64,000 bases of DNA, taken from NCBI GenBank assembly GCA_034780895.1, contig JAUZTB010000069.1:28369795-28433794 (forward strand). Direction: 5' to 3'. The position numbers were made by a program, and so were the translations under genes. The notes under the pieces were generated by a model. The model made no database searches, was not told where the DNA came from, and saw only the letters and a program-made list of their open reading frames with translations. Origin of the DNA: Rhynchobatus australiae. Its lineage: Eukaryota. Positions 1 through 12,949 of this stretch are shown here, one piece after another (the stretch's first letter is position 1; every line of letters starts with the position of its first letter).

Positions 1-239
1 GGAGTATTTGTGCCTTATCTGCATATTGCCTATCTTTTTCTAGCTGCCATTTCACCTCTGTCTCGAGAAACTGAAATAAGCTTCCAGTGAGGTGGAATTT
101 GTATAGTAGTGGGCAACCAATGAAATAATTTGAAGTGTCATCACTGTAGATAGCCAGGCAGCCGAATTGCCCACTAAGTTTCCTTAAACGCTAATGAGCA
201 GAAATTCTTAAAGTTACTTGTAGTTCTTAATTACTTGTA

Positions 240-330
240 CACAAGGGCACTTTACAGCAGCCATTTGACCGAACAGCCAGCACACCTTTGGGATGTGGGA
301 GGAAACCGGAGCACCGGGAGGAAACCTGGG
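240..330 (-). mobile_element. V-SINE-type fragment
   Basis: tgggatgtgggaggaaaccggagcacccggag is the reverse complement of the V-domain core seen in the full copy at 15865. Confidence 0.6.
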
Positions 331-563
331 NNNNNNNNNNNNNNNNNNNNNNNNNNNNNNNNNNNNNNNNNNNNNNNNNNNNNNNNNNNNNNNNNNNNNN
401 NNNNNNNNNNNNNNNNNNNNNNNNNNNNNNNNNNNNNNNNNNNNNNNNNNNNNNNNNNNNNNNNNNNNNNNNNNNNNNNNNNNNNNNNNNNNNNNNNNNN
501 NNNNNNNNNNNNNNNNNNNNNNNNNNNNNNNNNNNNNNNNNNNNNNNNNNNNNNNNNNNNNNN

Positions 564-1095
564 ATGTTTCATGTGGAATACTGTGAGCAATGTTGGGCCC
601 CATATCCAAGGAAAGATGTGCTGGCCCTGGAGAGAGTCCAGAGGTGGTTCAGGAGAATGATCCCAGGAATGAAAGGCTTAACATGTGAGGAGGGTTTGAT
701 GCCTCTGGGCCTGTACTCACTGAAGGATGAGGGGGGGACCTCATTGAAACCAAATACTGAGAGACCTGGATAGAGTGGATGTGGAGCGGATGTCTCCAAC
801 AGTGGGAGAGTCTAGGATCTGAGGGCACAGCCTCAGAATAAAGGGATGTCCCTTTAGAACAAGGGAGAAATTTCCTCAGCCAGAGGGTGGTGAATCTGTG
901 GAATTCCTTGCCACAGAGAACAGTGGAGGCCAAGACACTGGGTGTATTTATGGCAGAGATTGATAGGTTCTTGATCAGTAAGGGGGTTAAAGGTTATGGA
1001 GAGAAGGTGGGAGAATGATGTTGAAAGAAAGAGCAGCCATGATTGAATGGCAGAGCAGACTCAATGGACCGAATACTGCTTCTGGTCTTATGGAC
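564..1095 (+). mobile_element. CR1-type LINE 3' fragment (RT C-terminus and 3' UTR)
   Basis: translation EYCEQCWAPYPRKDVLALERVQRWFRRMIPGMKGL is a typical CR1 ORF2 tail; frameshifted. Confidence 0.85.
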
Positions 1096-1750
1096 TACCC
1101 CTTGAAATGGCGAGCAAGTCTCTGGGATTGGGGCATTTAAATGTTGACACAACCATGACACCCATATCCCAAGAGCAAATTACAAAATCAGGTCTCTGGG
1201 GTCAGATTTGAACCCACTAGCTGCTAGGTGGGAGTGCTACCAGTGTGCTGTGCTGACAGAATCCAAGTTCATTTCGTGCCAAGTCTCTTCTCCAAGTGCT
1301 TGGCTGGTCACTTACAAAGAGCAGTGCTGATTAAAGAGGGCAGTCCCACTTCAGACTCATGCTGGGTGACCTGGGCCAGATCCCCGAACCCCGGCTGAAA
1401 CTTATCAGAAGAGTTGGGCCTACTTAAAGTATTCAAATTCTCATTTATATTCTCAAAGTCGAGTTTATTGCGAGATGTACAAGTACATGTACGCACAAGT
1501 GCAATAAAAAACTTGCAGCGGCAGCACAATCACATAACATTCACAAATAAACTATGAATTGAACAAGTTATACAAGAAAGAACACAATTAGAACAAAGTC
1601 CTAACTTATAAAATCTTAATTTATAAAGTCATTTTGTGGGCAATGAAGGAGGAAGGGGGAAAGAGGTGTGTATGTACCTGGACTCTCCTTCACATGCATC
1701 TTGCTGTCGAGATAATTAAAATTGTTTTTTCCTAATTGTTTCTCTTTTAG

Positions 1751-1795
1751 AAGAAAACAGAACACGATGCTGATAGAATCACTGGAAAAAGAGAG
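1751..1795 (+). CDS. LRSAM1: LRSAM1 internal coding exon (coiled coil; RKQNTMLIESLEKER)
   Basis: ttttag| acceptor and |gtgag donor; 45 nt; resembles human RQKKSSEILKSLENER; phase 2 joins the next exon. Confidence 0.85.
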
Positions 1796-3082
1796 GTGAG
1801 AACAGAGGTGTGAAATCTGAAGCCTAAGGACAGGGATCCCCGAGAAGGCCATAGAAATGTCCGGGACTGCTTTGAGTTTCATAAACAGTGGCGAGAAGTT
1901 AAGGAACAAAGAGCTGGTGATGAATTATTAATGGACAAATATTTGGGCACTGTTTCATCTTGTGTAGCTCATTATCAAAAATGAAAGTTCAGACTTGGAG
2001 ACAGGGACTATTCCATAGTGGTTCAGAAGTCTGAAAGGAAACTTTAAAAATGATATATTTCCCCTGGGCTTTGATGAGGCAAGTAGTTTTTAAAAAAAAC
2101 TATTCCCTCTNNNNNNNNNNNNNNNNNNNNNNNNNNNNNNNNNNNNNNNNNNNNNNNNNNNNNNNNNNNNNNNNNNNNNNNNNNNNNNNNNNNNNNNNNN
2201 NNNNNNNNNNTCCCTCTGGGGAGTTGGTAGTGAAGCAGAAGCTTAGAATGAAGATAGACTCAGAGGGATCGCTCTCTACCCTGTGTTGGGGTGAGGAATA
2301 GTTTACCATTGTGTGGGAATGGGGTAAAGACCACTTTTCCATTAAAATCTATAGTAAAGCAAAAAAAAAACCTGCAAAACTAAGGATGAAGAGCAGCTGA
2401 ATGAAGCTAATTTAGGATTGCTCAAAGAAAGAAATAATACTCACAGCAGTGTGAATGGCCTCCTATAGAGTAACTATTTTGTGCTCTAGATTTAATTTTC
2501 CTGCATACTCGATGACTTAATAACAGTATTGTAGATTCAGAAATGGTCATGTCAATGCATCATTGCATTGGTCACTCTCACTCATGGAACTAGGTGCCAA
2601 ATGCTGCCCAGACTCTTGTTGACCGATTTTTGAGTGTGAAATGTGGTTCACTTCCACTTGTACGCAAGTGTATAAAATAAGAATATCAAGAAAAATTTCT
2701 TGATATGATGCTTGCTCAGCAACACTTGGTTATTAACTGTACCTCTGTGTTAGTCCAGCTCCCTGTGTTCCCTGGTCCGTTTGTTACTCATAGCTTGAAC
2801 ATCTGTGCCCCTGAGATTGTTAATCTGACTCAGTGGTGTCCACAAGAGCAGTAACTTGGTCTCTGTGTTAGCCAGTGGGAGTTGTCTACCCCAGTCTGTC
2901 ATGCTGTCTCTTCTCCTCAGCCTGTTCCAGAATGAACACTTGCAGGAGATGGTTGCTTAGTTTCCCGTTGATAAAACAATGAAATGGGAAATGTTACTGA
3001 GAGAGTTAAACAATTTTCAGTTGGGCATTGAGGATCTATCTACACTGTGTTGTAAATGTTGCCTCCTGTCTGCCCCCTATAG

Positions 3083-3153
3083 GGTGAGAATGGAACAGCT
3101 GATGGCAATAACACAGGAGGAGAAGGAGAGACTACGAAAGAAAGAGGTGGCAA
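3083..3153 (+). CDS. LRSAM1: LRSAM1 exon (VRMEQLMAITQEEKERLRKKEVA)
   Basis: ctatag| ... |gtaag; matches human [23 protein letters not shown]. Confidence 0.93.
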
Positions 3154-3779
3154 GTAAGCACTTTAACCTCTCATACGGAGACTTTCTCGCAGTTATTTGG
3201 GATCGTGTGCCAGTATATTTTTATATTCTCTTGCTGAGGTGGTTCCACCTCTCTCCACCAGACAGAGTGCGTCCTGGGGAAGGAAGGGCTGCCTGTGCCC
3301 CAGAAGGGTTGCTCATCCACGAGACGAGCTTGTAGTTCCAAATCCTACTCCAGAACCTTGAGCATGCAAACTAGGAGGTGCTGTGTAGACTGTGTGTGCG
3401 GTTGGCAATTCAGCCTCTCAATGAGACATGAAGCAAAATCTCTCAGAATGGGAGGCTTTTCTCCAACTTCACCCCACACCTGAATCCCTCTGTCCTAGTC
3501 GATATTTCTCCATCAACTAATGTCACTAAAACATTACTGTGGCATTTACCTCATTGCGATTTCTGTGACTTTTGCTAACCATAAATTAGCTGTTGTATTT
3601 TCTCTGTTGCACCAGCGACTCCCGTCCAAAAGTACTTCAAGTAAAACACGTGCTGGAAATCCTCAGCTGGTCAGGCGCCGTCAGTGGAGAGAGAAACAAA
3701 GTTAACGTTTTGGGTTCGTCACCTTTGATTAGAACTTCCCACTTTTGGTTTAAAAGTATTTCATTGACTATAAAGTCTG

Positions 3780-3990
3780 TCAAAGAAAAAGGGAAGATCT
3801 GCTTTTGTTCATTCCTGGGAACGTCGCACAATGCTTCAGGGCCATTTGAAGTTTACTTTGCAGTGTGATTAGTTAAATGCCCCATCTCCAGGGCAGCACC
3901 TTTGACAATACAGCACTCCCTCATTATTGCACTGAAGTGTTAGCCTAGATTGGAAAGGGGCAAACCCACCAGCTGACTCGGTCGGTAGAG
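3780..3990 (-). mobile_element. Deu-domain SINE relic (SacSINE1/AmnSINE1-like)
   Basis: ggcagcacctttgacaatacagcactccctcattattgcactgaagtgttagcctagat resembles the reverse complement of the Deu core. Confidence 0.6.
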
Positions 3991-4739
3991 AGAGTGCACA
4001 CAAGCTAAATCGAGCACAGCACTGAGCATTCTGAGGTTACAAGAGGATTATTCAAACACCACTGCTTTTTAAACGGAGCTGTAGTGATCACATTGACAGC
4101 CTGTGTTCCCCAGGATGCTGCAGTATGTGTGTAAATAGTCATGGCAAAGTTCCAGGCAGTGAGGGCGGGGTTGGTGTAAACTTCATCTTCAGACCGTTCT
4201 CTCACCTAAATTGGGCTCCCAATAATGTATTTTGGGTGAGGCTGGGGTCTTGCAGGAAATTCTGCTCCGTGCAGTGAAAAAGCCCAACAGTGAGGCACAG
4301 TCATCCTACCACTTGGCAGGTTGTGTTGGCCCAGCTTGGGAAGTCCCCAAAAATGAGAGGGAACAAATGGAACCACGATGCGGTGNNNNNNNNNNNNNNN
4401 NNNNNNNNNNNNNNNNNNNNNNNNNNNNNNNNNNNNNNNNNNNNNNNNNNNNNNNNNNNNNNNNNNNNNNNNNNNNNNNNNNNNNCTCGGCTCAAGGTGT
4501 CCTGAGCCCACCCCCCACCCCCCACCCCCCCCCCCCCTCATGGCCCTCTCCCCATACTGTTGTGTTGCATTTTGGCTTGTATAGCATCTGCCCACCGTGA
4601 TCTGTGCAGCCATCTGCTCTCTACTCTCCAGCCCACCGTGACTCTTGTTTCCAAAACCCCTGTTCGAGCCTTTGTACGGCCCAGATCTCCAACCCCCTGC
4701 GTTCCGTCAGTTCAGTCCTCTGAGCATCCATTACTTCCT

Positions 4740-4930
4740 CCACCCCAGGGGCAATTCACAGCAGCCAGTTAACCCCACATGTTTTGGGATGTGGGAAGAA
4801 AACTGAGCACCCAGAGGAAATTCGCACGGTCACAGGGGGAGCATGCCAACTCCACACAGACAGCACCAGAGGAACCCTGGTCTCTGGAGCTGTGAAGCAG
4901 TGGATATACCAGTTGTGCCACTATGTTGCC
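4740..4930 (-). mobile_element. tRNA-derived V-SINE copy
   Basis: V-core tgggatgtgggaagaaaactgagcacccagagg plus a tRNA-like head at the right end. Confidence 0.65.
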
Positions 4931-5025
4931 CCCAGTGGCACAGATTAATGACTGTAGTGTGAAGTGCCCTGGGATACTTGAACATGGTAAAAATGTTCTC
5001 CTGTCCCCTCTCTCCTCCATTTTAG

Positions 5026-5125
5026 CTGCTATGCAGGAGATGCTGTCCGAAAGCTCCATGAACAAGATTCTGCAGATGGTTTATGAAACAAGGCGACAGC
5101 AGCTGGTCGATGAAGCCAGCTCCAG
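5026..5125 (+). CDS. LRSAM1: LRSAM1 exon (AMQEMLSESSMNKILQMVYETRRQQLVDEASS)
   Basis: tttag| ... |gtacg; matches human [32 protein letters not shown]; phases consistent. Confidence 0.93.
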
Positions 5126-5459
5126 GTACGAATAACCACAGAACTCTTGGTGGCAGGTTTGCTCTGAAACTCTTGGATTGGTTTTGCTTTGGGATAGGAC
5201 TGGGTCGATGTGGTGCCCAGTGACATTGGAGGTCAGTACAGCCTCCCCAGAGATTGAGACCCATCTTGGAAGTATCGCAGATACTGGTGCAAGAAGGTCC
5301 CAATCTGGTCACCACGAGAAGAACCTGTGGGAGCCCAGAATAAGGAAGCAATGCAGTGAGAAGTCGAGAAAGAAATTAAAACAGGTATTTGTTAGATTTT
5401 TGTGAAGTAAGAATGCAAAAATGGTAGAGAACCAGGGCAGCAAGATGGAGTTGAGGTAA

Positions 5460-7385
5460 ATGCAGTACAGATCACCTCAATATAATTATAAGTCCTCAGC
5501 AGAGACCTCCCCTACATCCCCATCTCGATGAATTCTGAACGTGACGTGACATTGACTTCTTCCTCCATCTGCGTCCATTTCTTTTGCCAGGAGCCTTCAT
5601 CCCAGCCCCACACCATGATGGACCCTTCACCTGTCTTCAGTACTCCCGATGCACCTGGAGCTCTCCCTCTGGTCACCTATCCCCTCTAGATCTATTCTTT
5701 GCTGAAAGTGGATGTGACATCAGTCTGCTCCATTCACTCAGAACCAACCCCAGCATCAATATCACACCCACTGACTACTGCTGCTATGATGTGTGGACTG
5801 ACCTCCATCCAGCTCTCGGGCTCCTCCTCACCCCTCCCTTTGGACCAGATGGTCATGGACTTCATTTCCTCAAAACGAGATCTTGCCTCCACACCGCCCA
5901 GCCTTGTGTCCCAGCACCACACAGCCCACTTCTGTCTCCTGCCCAAAGTCCACAAGCAGCACTGCCCTGGCAGACCCATTGGTCCAGCCTGCTTTTGCCC
6001 CACTGAAGGTATTTCTTCCTACCTTGACCCTGTCTGGTCCAGTCCCTGCCCACCTGTATCTGTGACTCCTCCGATAGCCCCACCACTTTGACTGTTTCCA
6101 AATCCCTGGTCTCCAGGCTCATCTTTACCGTGGGCATACAACCTCTTTACTCCTCCATCCCACATCAGGGGGGTCTAAGAGCCCACTGCTTCCTCCTCGA
6201 GCAGAGGCCCAACCAGTCCTCTCCACCACCACACTCATTGGCCTGACTGAAGCTATTCACAACTCTTCCTTCAACTGCTCGCTTTGTCCAGATCAAGAGG
6301 TTAGCCGTGGGCCCGAGCTGTACCTCGTTTGGTGGGATATGTGGAGCAGACTTTCAGCCCCTCTGGGCCCAGTCCCTCAGCTCTTTCTGGTACATCAACA
6401 ACTGCATTGGTGCTGCCTCCTGCACTCATGCAGAACCTGACAATTTAATTATTTTTGCTGCCAACCTCCACCCTGCCCACACCTACGGTCCATCTCTGAC
6501 TCTTCCATCTCTGGTTCTGTCTCCATCTCAGGAAATGCGCCAGCAACTAACATCCATTACAAGCCGACTGATTCCCACAGCCATCTCAACAACTCTTCAT
6601 CCCACCCTGCCTCCTGTAAGGACTCTGTTCCATTCTCCCAGTTCCTGCGTCTCCGATATATTTGCTCCAGTGATGAGACTTTCTGTACAGGTGCCCCTGA
6701 AATGTCTTCCTCCTGAACAGTGGGTTCCCCTCTCCTATTGTTAACACCACCTACGAATACATCTCATCCATTTCCTGCATCTTTCGCTCTCAACCCCTCA
6801 ACTCTGGGGCAGAACAAGGATGGAGCCCTCCTACCGCGCCAGCCTCCATGTTCAACAGGTCATTCTCCGCGATTTCCACCACCTTCCAAAGAGATTCCAC
6901 CACCAGACACGTCTCCCCCTCTCCTCCCCTTAGTGCTTCACAGGGAGTGTTCCCTCTGTGTCTTCCAGGTCTGTTCTTCCATCCCCTGCAACCACCCCCC
7001 TTCTTATGGTCCTTCCCCCTGCAACTGCTGTAGGGGCAACACCTGTCCTTTCACCTCCTTCCCTTCCCACCATCCAGGGATCCAGTCTTCCCAGGGAAGC
7101 AGCGGTTCCCTTGCACTTCCTCCATTCTAGTGAACTGCATTCAGTGTTCACAGTGCGGTCTGCTCACACTGGAGAGACCGAAGGCAGATTGGGTGACCAT
7201 TTCTGTGAAACACCTGCGGGCAGTCCTTGGGGTGACCCTGAGCTTCCTGTTACCTGCCACTCCCACTCTGACCGCTGTCACAGTGAGGCTCAATGCCAGC
7301 TTGAGGAACAACACCCCATCTCCCGTCTGGACAGGTTGCTGCCTTGTGGACCCAACATTGAATTCTACAACTTCAGATAATCTGG
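5460..7385 (+). mobile_element. decayed Penelope-like retroelement (RT + GIY-YIG endonuclease)
   Basis: frameshifted motifs VGPSCTSF (cf. MGPSYACLF), WYINNCIG (cf. YIDDCIG), HYKPTDSH, CIQCSQCGL / TGETEGRLGDHF (cf. YIGETKRRL). Confidence 0.8.
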
Positions 7386-8518
7386 TTTCTTGGTCTCTAT
7401 CAGTCGCCCGTCTGGGATACTGGGTCAGCTTGTTTTTTCTTTGCCTTTTTTTCTTAAGTTTTTCTCTGAAATGGACGATCTGACTGCCAGGCACGTCTTC
7501 CTGCTCTGCATTTCCCTGCACCTACGTTCTCGAGGGGCCGAATGGGCTCTTCCAGTCCTTGATCACATTCACTGACCAGAGCTGGCCAAACTGCTCAGCC
7601 GGGGAGGAGGGCTGGGAGTCTGGGATTAGGGGCGGAGAGGGTGGAGCTGTGGAATAGGGAGCACTACCCACGGGGCTGGGGTGGAGCATTTGATGCTGTG
7701 GCCCAGGGTGATGGTCCAGCCCAGGCAATGAGGTGAAGGGCAGGCCCAAAGGTGGGTTGAGAGATGTGGTAGGTCAGACCAGATGAGATGGCGAGGGGTG
7801 GGGAAGAGTATGTTTAAAGGGAGTCGTGATGGATACACAAGGGAGCGGAAGTATAGGGAAATGAGGGCAGACGGGGAAGGGAATCGAAGTGGGAGGGGAT
7901 GTGTGAAGTACAAAGATCATCATAGACCAGTTAAACTTGTGGAGATGTTCAATGGGACGGATGCAGATAAACTGTTTCCACTTGTGGGCAAGGTGTGACT
8001 GAGTGACGACAGTGAGCCTTGTGTCAATGGAATGACACCTCCACAGTGGGCCAGCAGGCTGAAGAAATGGGGTCAGATCACCAGTGGGAGATGAGCTTGC
8101 TCTTGGCTCCACCGCACTTAAGATGACACTTAAGCTGCACTCGGTGTCGTGGAGAACCTACAATACGAGCTGAGTAGTCAACTTGCATGGCAGTGTCCTT
8201 CTGGTTGTAATACAGCAACTTGTGAAGGATGAAATGACAGAGAGTGCGGGCGGGNNNNNNNNNNNNNNNNNNNNNNNNNNNNNNNNNNNNNNNNNNNNNN
8301 NNNNNNNNNNNNNNNNNNNNNNNNNNNNNNNNNNNNNNNNNNNNNNNNNNNNNNNNNNNNNNNNNNNNNNNNNNNNNNNNNNNNNNNNNNNNNNNNNNNN
8401 NNNNNNNNNNNNNNNNNNNNNNNNNNNNNNNNNNNNNNNNNNNNNNNNNNNNNNNNNNGAGGGTATTTCGGTGGACAGCTCCAGCAATGCTGGCCTGATC
8501 TCGGCTTCTGTTTTGCAG

Positions 8519-8606
8519 CATGGCTGAAATGGATGGGAGACTTCAGCAAGTCCAGGCCTTCCAGCAGCTGGATCAGCACAAGACCATTGGGCAGATTCTC
8601 GGTGAG
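8519..8606 (+). CDS. LRSAM1: LRSAM1 exon (MAEMDGRLQQVQAFQQLDQHKTIGQILGE)
   Basis: ttgcag| ... |gtagg; matches human [29 protein letters not shown]. Confidence 0.93.
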
Positions 8607-8959
8607 GTAGGTTACAGGCTGTGCTCTGTGTCTCACTGAGCTGCGGTCACTCCTTGTGGCGATCGACTTGAATAGGACTGAGGATGCAAACAGGGCGTTG
8701 AAGAGAAATTTTCTTGCACGATGCTAGAACATTTTGAAAGGGTTCAAAATAATAACTGCATTGTGTAAGATGCATGGCAACCATCTTGTGCACAGTTATC
8801 TCCTTTGAGCATCAATGACCAAATAATTTGTTTTGGAGACACAAGTGACTGCAGGTGCTGGAAGAAACAAAGCTGCTGGCAGCATCTGTGAGGGTGGGTG
8901 GGAGGGAGGTGGGGAATGGACGGATATGGGACGTTTCGGGTCAACACCCTTCAGAATCT

Positions 8960-9180
8960 TGACGATCAGTTTCCCTGTCATTTTAAAGTAGGACCATGGG
9001 ATGTTTTGTGACCTGAGAGGGCAGATTGGACCTCGTTTCATCATCTGACAGTGAGGTACGTTTTCAGCAGTGACTGAAGTTTCAGCCCAGGCTCTGAGCT
9101 CAAGTCTTTGCAGTGACACACGACCCACAACCTTCTGACTTGAGCAGCACCATCTTCGCAGAGTGTCTGCAGGCTGACTG
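8960..9180 (-). mobile_element. Deu-domain SINE relic
   Basis: ccatgggatgttttgtgacctgagagggcagattggacctcgtttcatcatctgacag...cccacaaccttctgact resembles the reverse complement of the Deu-SINE body and head. Confidence 0.6.
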
Positions 9181-9346
9181 GAGGGGTTGCTGTCGTACTC
9201 AGCACTTCTAAGCTGTAGAAGAGGGGAAACCAGTACCACAGAGTCTTGGATCTAAGTTGGGAGGAGACATCTGTGGACAACCGTGAACCCAGTCAGTGAC
9301 ATTGCTCTTCTTGTGCTGAAAATTCCATGCAATTCTGTGTTTTTAG

Positions 9347-9421
9347 GCTGAGATGCAGAAGATGGCGTTTGAAGCACTGCAGGTGAAGAAGGACAGCAAG
9401 CACACGCGCATCAGAGACCAG
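9347..9421 (+). CDS. LRSAM1: LRSAM1 exon ([25 protein letters not shown])
   Basis: ttttag| ... |gtgag; matches human [25 protein letters not shown]. Confidence 0.95.
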
Positions 9422-11594
9422 GTGAGCATGGTCCAACAGGCCAGAGTCCCGTGGTGGAACTCTGGCTTCACCTCTCACCCACCACCCGGTGTCTCCCTGT
9501 CCCATGTCCTGGCTGGGGAGGAGTGGTGGACCCAGTGAGTATTCAGTTTCTGAGCAAGCCTCAGCGCCCTACGTGAACCAGGCATCCCAACTGCACTCTC
9601 AGCCAGTCAGTCACACACGACAGTGGGCACTGAGGACACCCACTAACTTCTCAGTTCACGTGATCCAAAACGTGCAGGATACCTGTTTATGTCTTATCTC
9701 TTTTTCTTCTTCCTTCTCATCTTTGTTCCTCCTTAGTTCTTTCATGAACCACTTATTTTATCTCAGTCTTTATGTATTTTACTCCTCTGCCCACAATCCT
9801 GTTTCCCCTCCCTTGTAGGGGAAAGCTTGGGGTGGGAGGTTTAGTACTGTTGGGCTTAGAGATTTGGGTAATGTGTTTGGGGAACGGTGGACTGAGGCTA
9901 CTGATGGGGTTCCCTCCTGTAACTCCAACTACCCTGTCCCAAAATCAAAGGTTTCACTGGTACACTCTATCTGCTGCTCCGTATGATACACTAAAGCTAT
10001 CCAGGCAAAAGGCCAGAGGTTTAAGTTGTGCTTCACCACTCCAACTTTTAACCTGACATGTGGCACTGGTCCCACTTGAACTGATAAAATACTGTGAGTG
10101 CTTGAAAGGTTTGTGCAGAGAAGAATTGGCAAGCAAGAGCAACATCTGAACATTGTTTGTGTAAGATGTGTTCTGAGGCTTTGTATCTCAAGCCCAGTGA
10201 CTGATCAATGTGGAGCTGTGCCCATGTTACCTGTGCTGCCTAGAACGATCCAAGTGGGCCTTGTGGCTCAGTCTCTCTGCCAGTGCACACACTGGAACGG
10301 ACATCATTGAATACCCAAACACTGCACACACCAGAATCTCCACTGTGTTCTGCTGGTGGCTGAGGCCGTGTCTGGAGACAGAGCTCCACTTAACCTCAGG
10401 AAGGTGGCACCCCAGACTGTGCAGGACTCCTTCAGTACACCCTCGCGACTGGGGTCAGATCTCTGAAGTGAGCCGTTAACTGGTAGTGCTTTTGACTCCT
10501 GTTTGTAAGAAATCGGAAGGGGGTGTGGGAGGGAGGGTAATCTGTAGAAGGTAAATGCAACTGAAGCTGGCTCTGGAGAAGATGGATTTTCAACTGACGT
10601 TCACCAGCTTTAGCACCTGCACAGTTCTGATTTGAGATGGTCGCTCTGTGGGTGGTGGGGTCATTGTGTGCGGTAGAAAAATGCAGCCACTTTTTCTCTT
10701 TTGTTTTAGTTTAAGCACAACAAATCACCTTTAAATTTGCAGCAAATGTCCCAATGCACGTCACAGAAAGGCAAGGAGAAAAGAAATGTAATGTCAAAGA
10801 AGAAAGGGGAGAGAGGTCAGGAGGTATATGTAGAACCGGAACGGGAGACTGCAGGAGTAATGGACACAGGGCTAAACAAGAGACTGGGGCCAGGGGAACA
10901 GCGGTTGTGGGGCAGGGAGGGGTTGGAGAATGGATTGTGGTTACACTGGAGGAGTTAGAGTGGGGCTGAGGCCAGAATACACACAATGTTCTGGAGTTTG
11001 CATCCAGTGCAGGGACAGTTGACTTGGGATTTAGGCAACTATTTCGGAGGAGATGAAGCTTGTGGAGTGGGGGAGGAACGTGAGGACTTCGGTGTAGGCT
11101 GGCGCAGAGGTGTCAGCAGGGTGGGCTGAGGTGGGTGCAGAGAGGGGTGATGTCACCGAGGTGGGAGTTGATGCAAACACATGCAGACTGTTGCAATGCT
11201 CAATGTGTAAAGTGTCTGGGTGTGAGTGTTCCCCACACACCAATGCCAGACATTGCTAGCATTTGATCAGACATTGAGGCATCCCACCTTTCTGATCCTG
11301 CTCTGACCCGGATTGGCCCCCTTCTCTGGAGGGTTGGTACGTTTAGGTAACTAGGGTTGGAGCAAAGCTAAACTTTACCCGATCCACCTCTTGCGCAGTC
11401 GGGCTCCCAGTGACCACCCTCCACTGCATCTCAGCAATACCACATCCTTCATCCATCTTGCATAAGCAGAAATTATTTTTGTCATTGTTTAGCCCTCCAG
11501 TGTGTAGCTGGTGGCTTGTAAACCGACCTCACGCCATCCACACCTATCTAATCAACCCATTCTATTGTTTTGTTTTTTGTTTTGAACCATTCAG

Positions 11595-11675
11595 ATCAAA
11601 TTGATTGAGAATGAGTTAATGCAGCTGACAAAGATCGAGTTAGACAGAAGAGAGAGTGACTTGGAGAATCTTCAG
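11595..11675 (+). CDS. LRSAM1: LRSAM1 exon (IKLIENELMQLTKIELDRRESDLENLQ)
   Basis: ttcag| ... |gtagg; matches human [27 protein letters not shown]; not in the ORF track. Confidence 0.93.
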
Positions 11676-12281
11676 GTAGGGTGGAAATCTCACAAACAGC
11701 ACCGTTTGTGGATGATCTGAATCCTGTGTAAAAACTCAAGAGCTGTGTTAGTGCGTCGATGTCTTGCATCTTTGGGCAGTGATTGTTGCCACCCTGCCCA
11801 GTGACTTCAGCCTTCAGCTGAAAGGACTGCACAGTCTCTCTCTCTCTGCCGCACCATCCATCCCCTCACACCACATCCCCATCACAGTTCAGCATTTCAC
11901 TCATCGCCGGCATCACCTGGCCTTCTTTTACCCAGATCTTCATCTCCGCTCAGGAAAAGGCTTTTGTTCTGTTGATGAATCCCCGCTGCTGTTGCGTGAA
12001 CCGGTTAGTAACCCACGTCTGCGCCCACACTGTGCCTCGACCTCCCTGAGCACGGGGGCACCTCTGCTCTTCTGACACCACCTTTTGACCAGGATCTAAA
12101 ACCTTGCCCTTCGCAGGAGTCGCTGCTCCAAGCTCTTGGACTATTTGCTTTGAGGTGTTCCCCTACCCTTCCACATCCACTGTAATTAGTAACGTACTAT
12201 AACTCCATCAGATGTGTCTGTACTGTTGGTGAACACAAGGTCTCACCCCTTTCTGCTTGTTATTGCCTCCGTCACGTGCAG

Positions 12282-12377
12282 GAGACGCTGGTGAACGAGC
12301 GGCAGGCACTGAGCGACCTCCTGCAACAGCTGCTGAAGGAGAAGAAGCTGCGAGAGAAGGAGCTTGGCGATCTGCTG
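12282..12377 (+). CDS. LRSAM1: LRSAM1 exon ([32 protein letters not shown])
   Basis: tgcag| ... |gtacg; matches human [32 protein letters not shown]. Confidence 0.94.
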
Positions 12378-12699
12378 GTACGTGTGCCATGGTGGACCTT
12401 CTACCGCCGTGCAGGAGCTCTGCCCGGTCATCACAGGGGACTTTCAACACTGACATGGGTGGGGCAGTGGCCTTGGTTTTGTAGCTCCCAACTGCATTAC
12501 CTGAATTGTATCAGTCGTACTTCACCCTCCAGTTCCAACCTGGCTCCCAACTCCGCCCATCCCACTCCCACAGCGGGTTCCCTCTGCCCTCCATCCTCCA
12601 CCCCCTCCTATGCCCATCCCCCTCCCCCAATGGGCTCCCTCTGCCCGTCATCCTCCATCCCTTCCTCCATCCAATCACCTTCTGCCCCCTGTCTCAGCC

Positions 12700-12835
12700 C
12701 TCCCCCTCCCTTCCCCATCCTCAGTCCTGATGTGGGGCCTCAACCCAAAACATCGACAGTTCCTTTGCTTCCCCACCCCACAGGTGCTGCTCGACCTGCT
12801 GAGTTCCTCCAGCAGTTTGTTTGCTGCTGCAGGTT
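12700..12835 (+). mobile_element. Penelope terminal (pLTR)-derived short repeat with degenerate hammerhead
   Basis: cagtcctgatg...ccc.aaaacatcgac...gctgctcgacctgctgagttcctccagca; same family as 16735 and 41785. Confidence 0.65.
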
Positions 12836-12949
12836 CTGGGGGCACCTACACTCCTGTCTCCGTACAACCCTGACTTCGAGTATTGTATCCTGTGGGATAC
12901 AGAAGGAAGGCTGGTGTGATTGGGCTTGTTGACTGGAACTGTGGGTGTT

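Noticed and set aside
214-773. Long ORFs spanning N runs, here and at 8078-8636, 12721-13722, 18168-18655, 43819-44220, 53779-54222 and 61697-62183
   Set aside because: Their length comes from X residues in assembly gaps; the real parts are repeat fragments or exons already listed
7600-7910. G/purine-rich tract (also 10780-11170)
   Set aside because: Low-complexity sequence with no defined unit or structure beyond generic G4 potential
12276-12932. 218-aa ORF
   Set aside because: A 96-nt LRSAM1 exon reading through its donor into a C-rich low-complexity intron and a repeat
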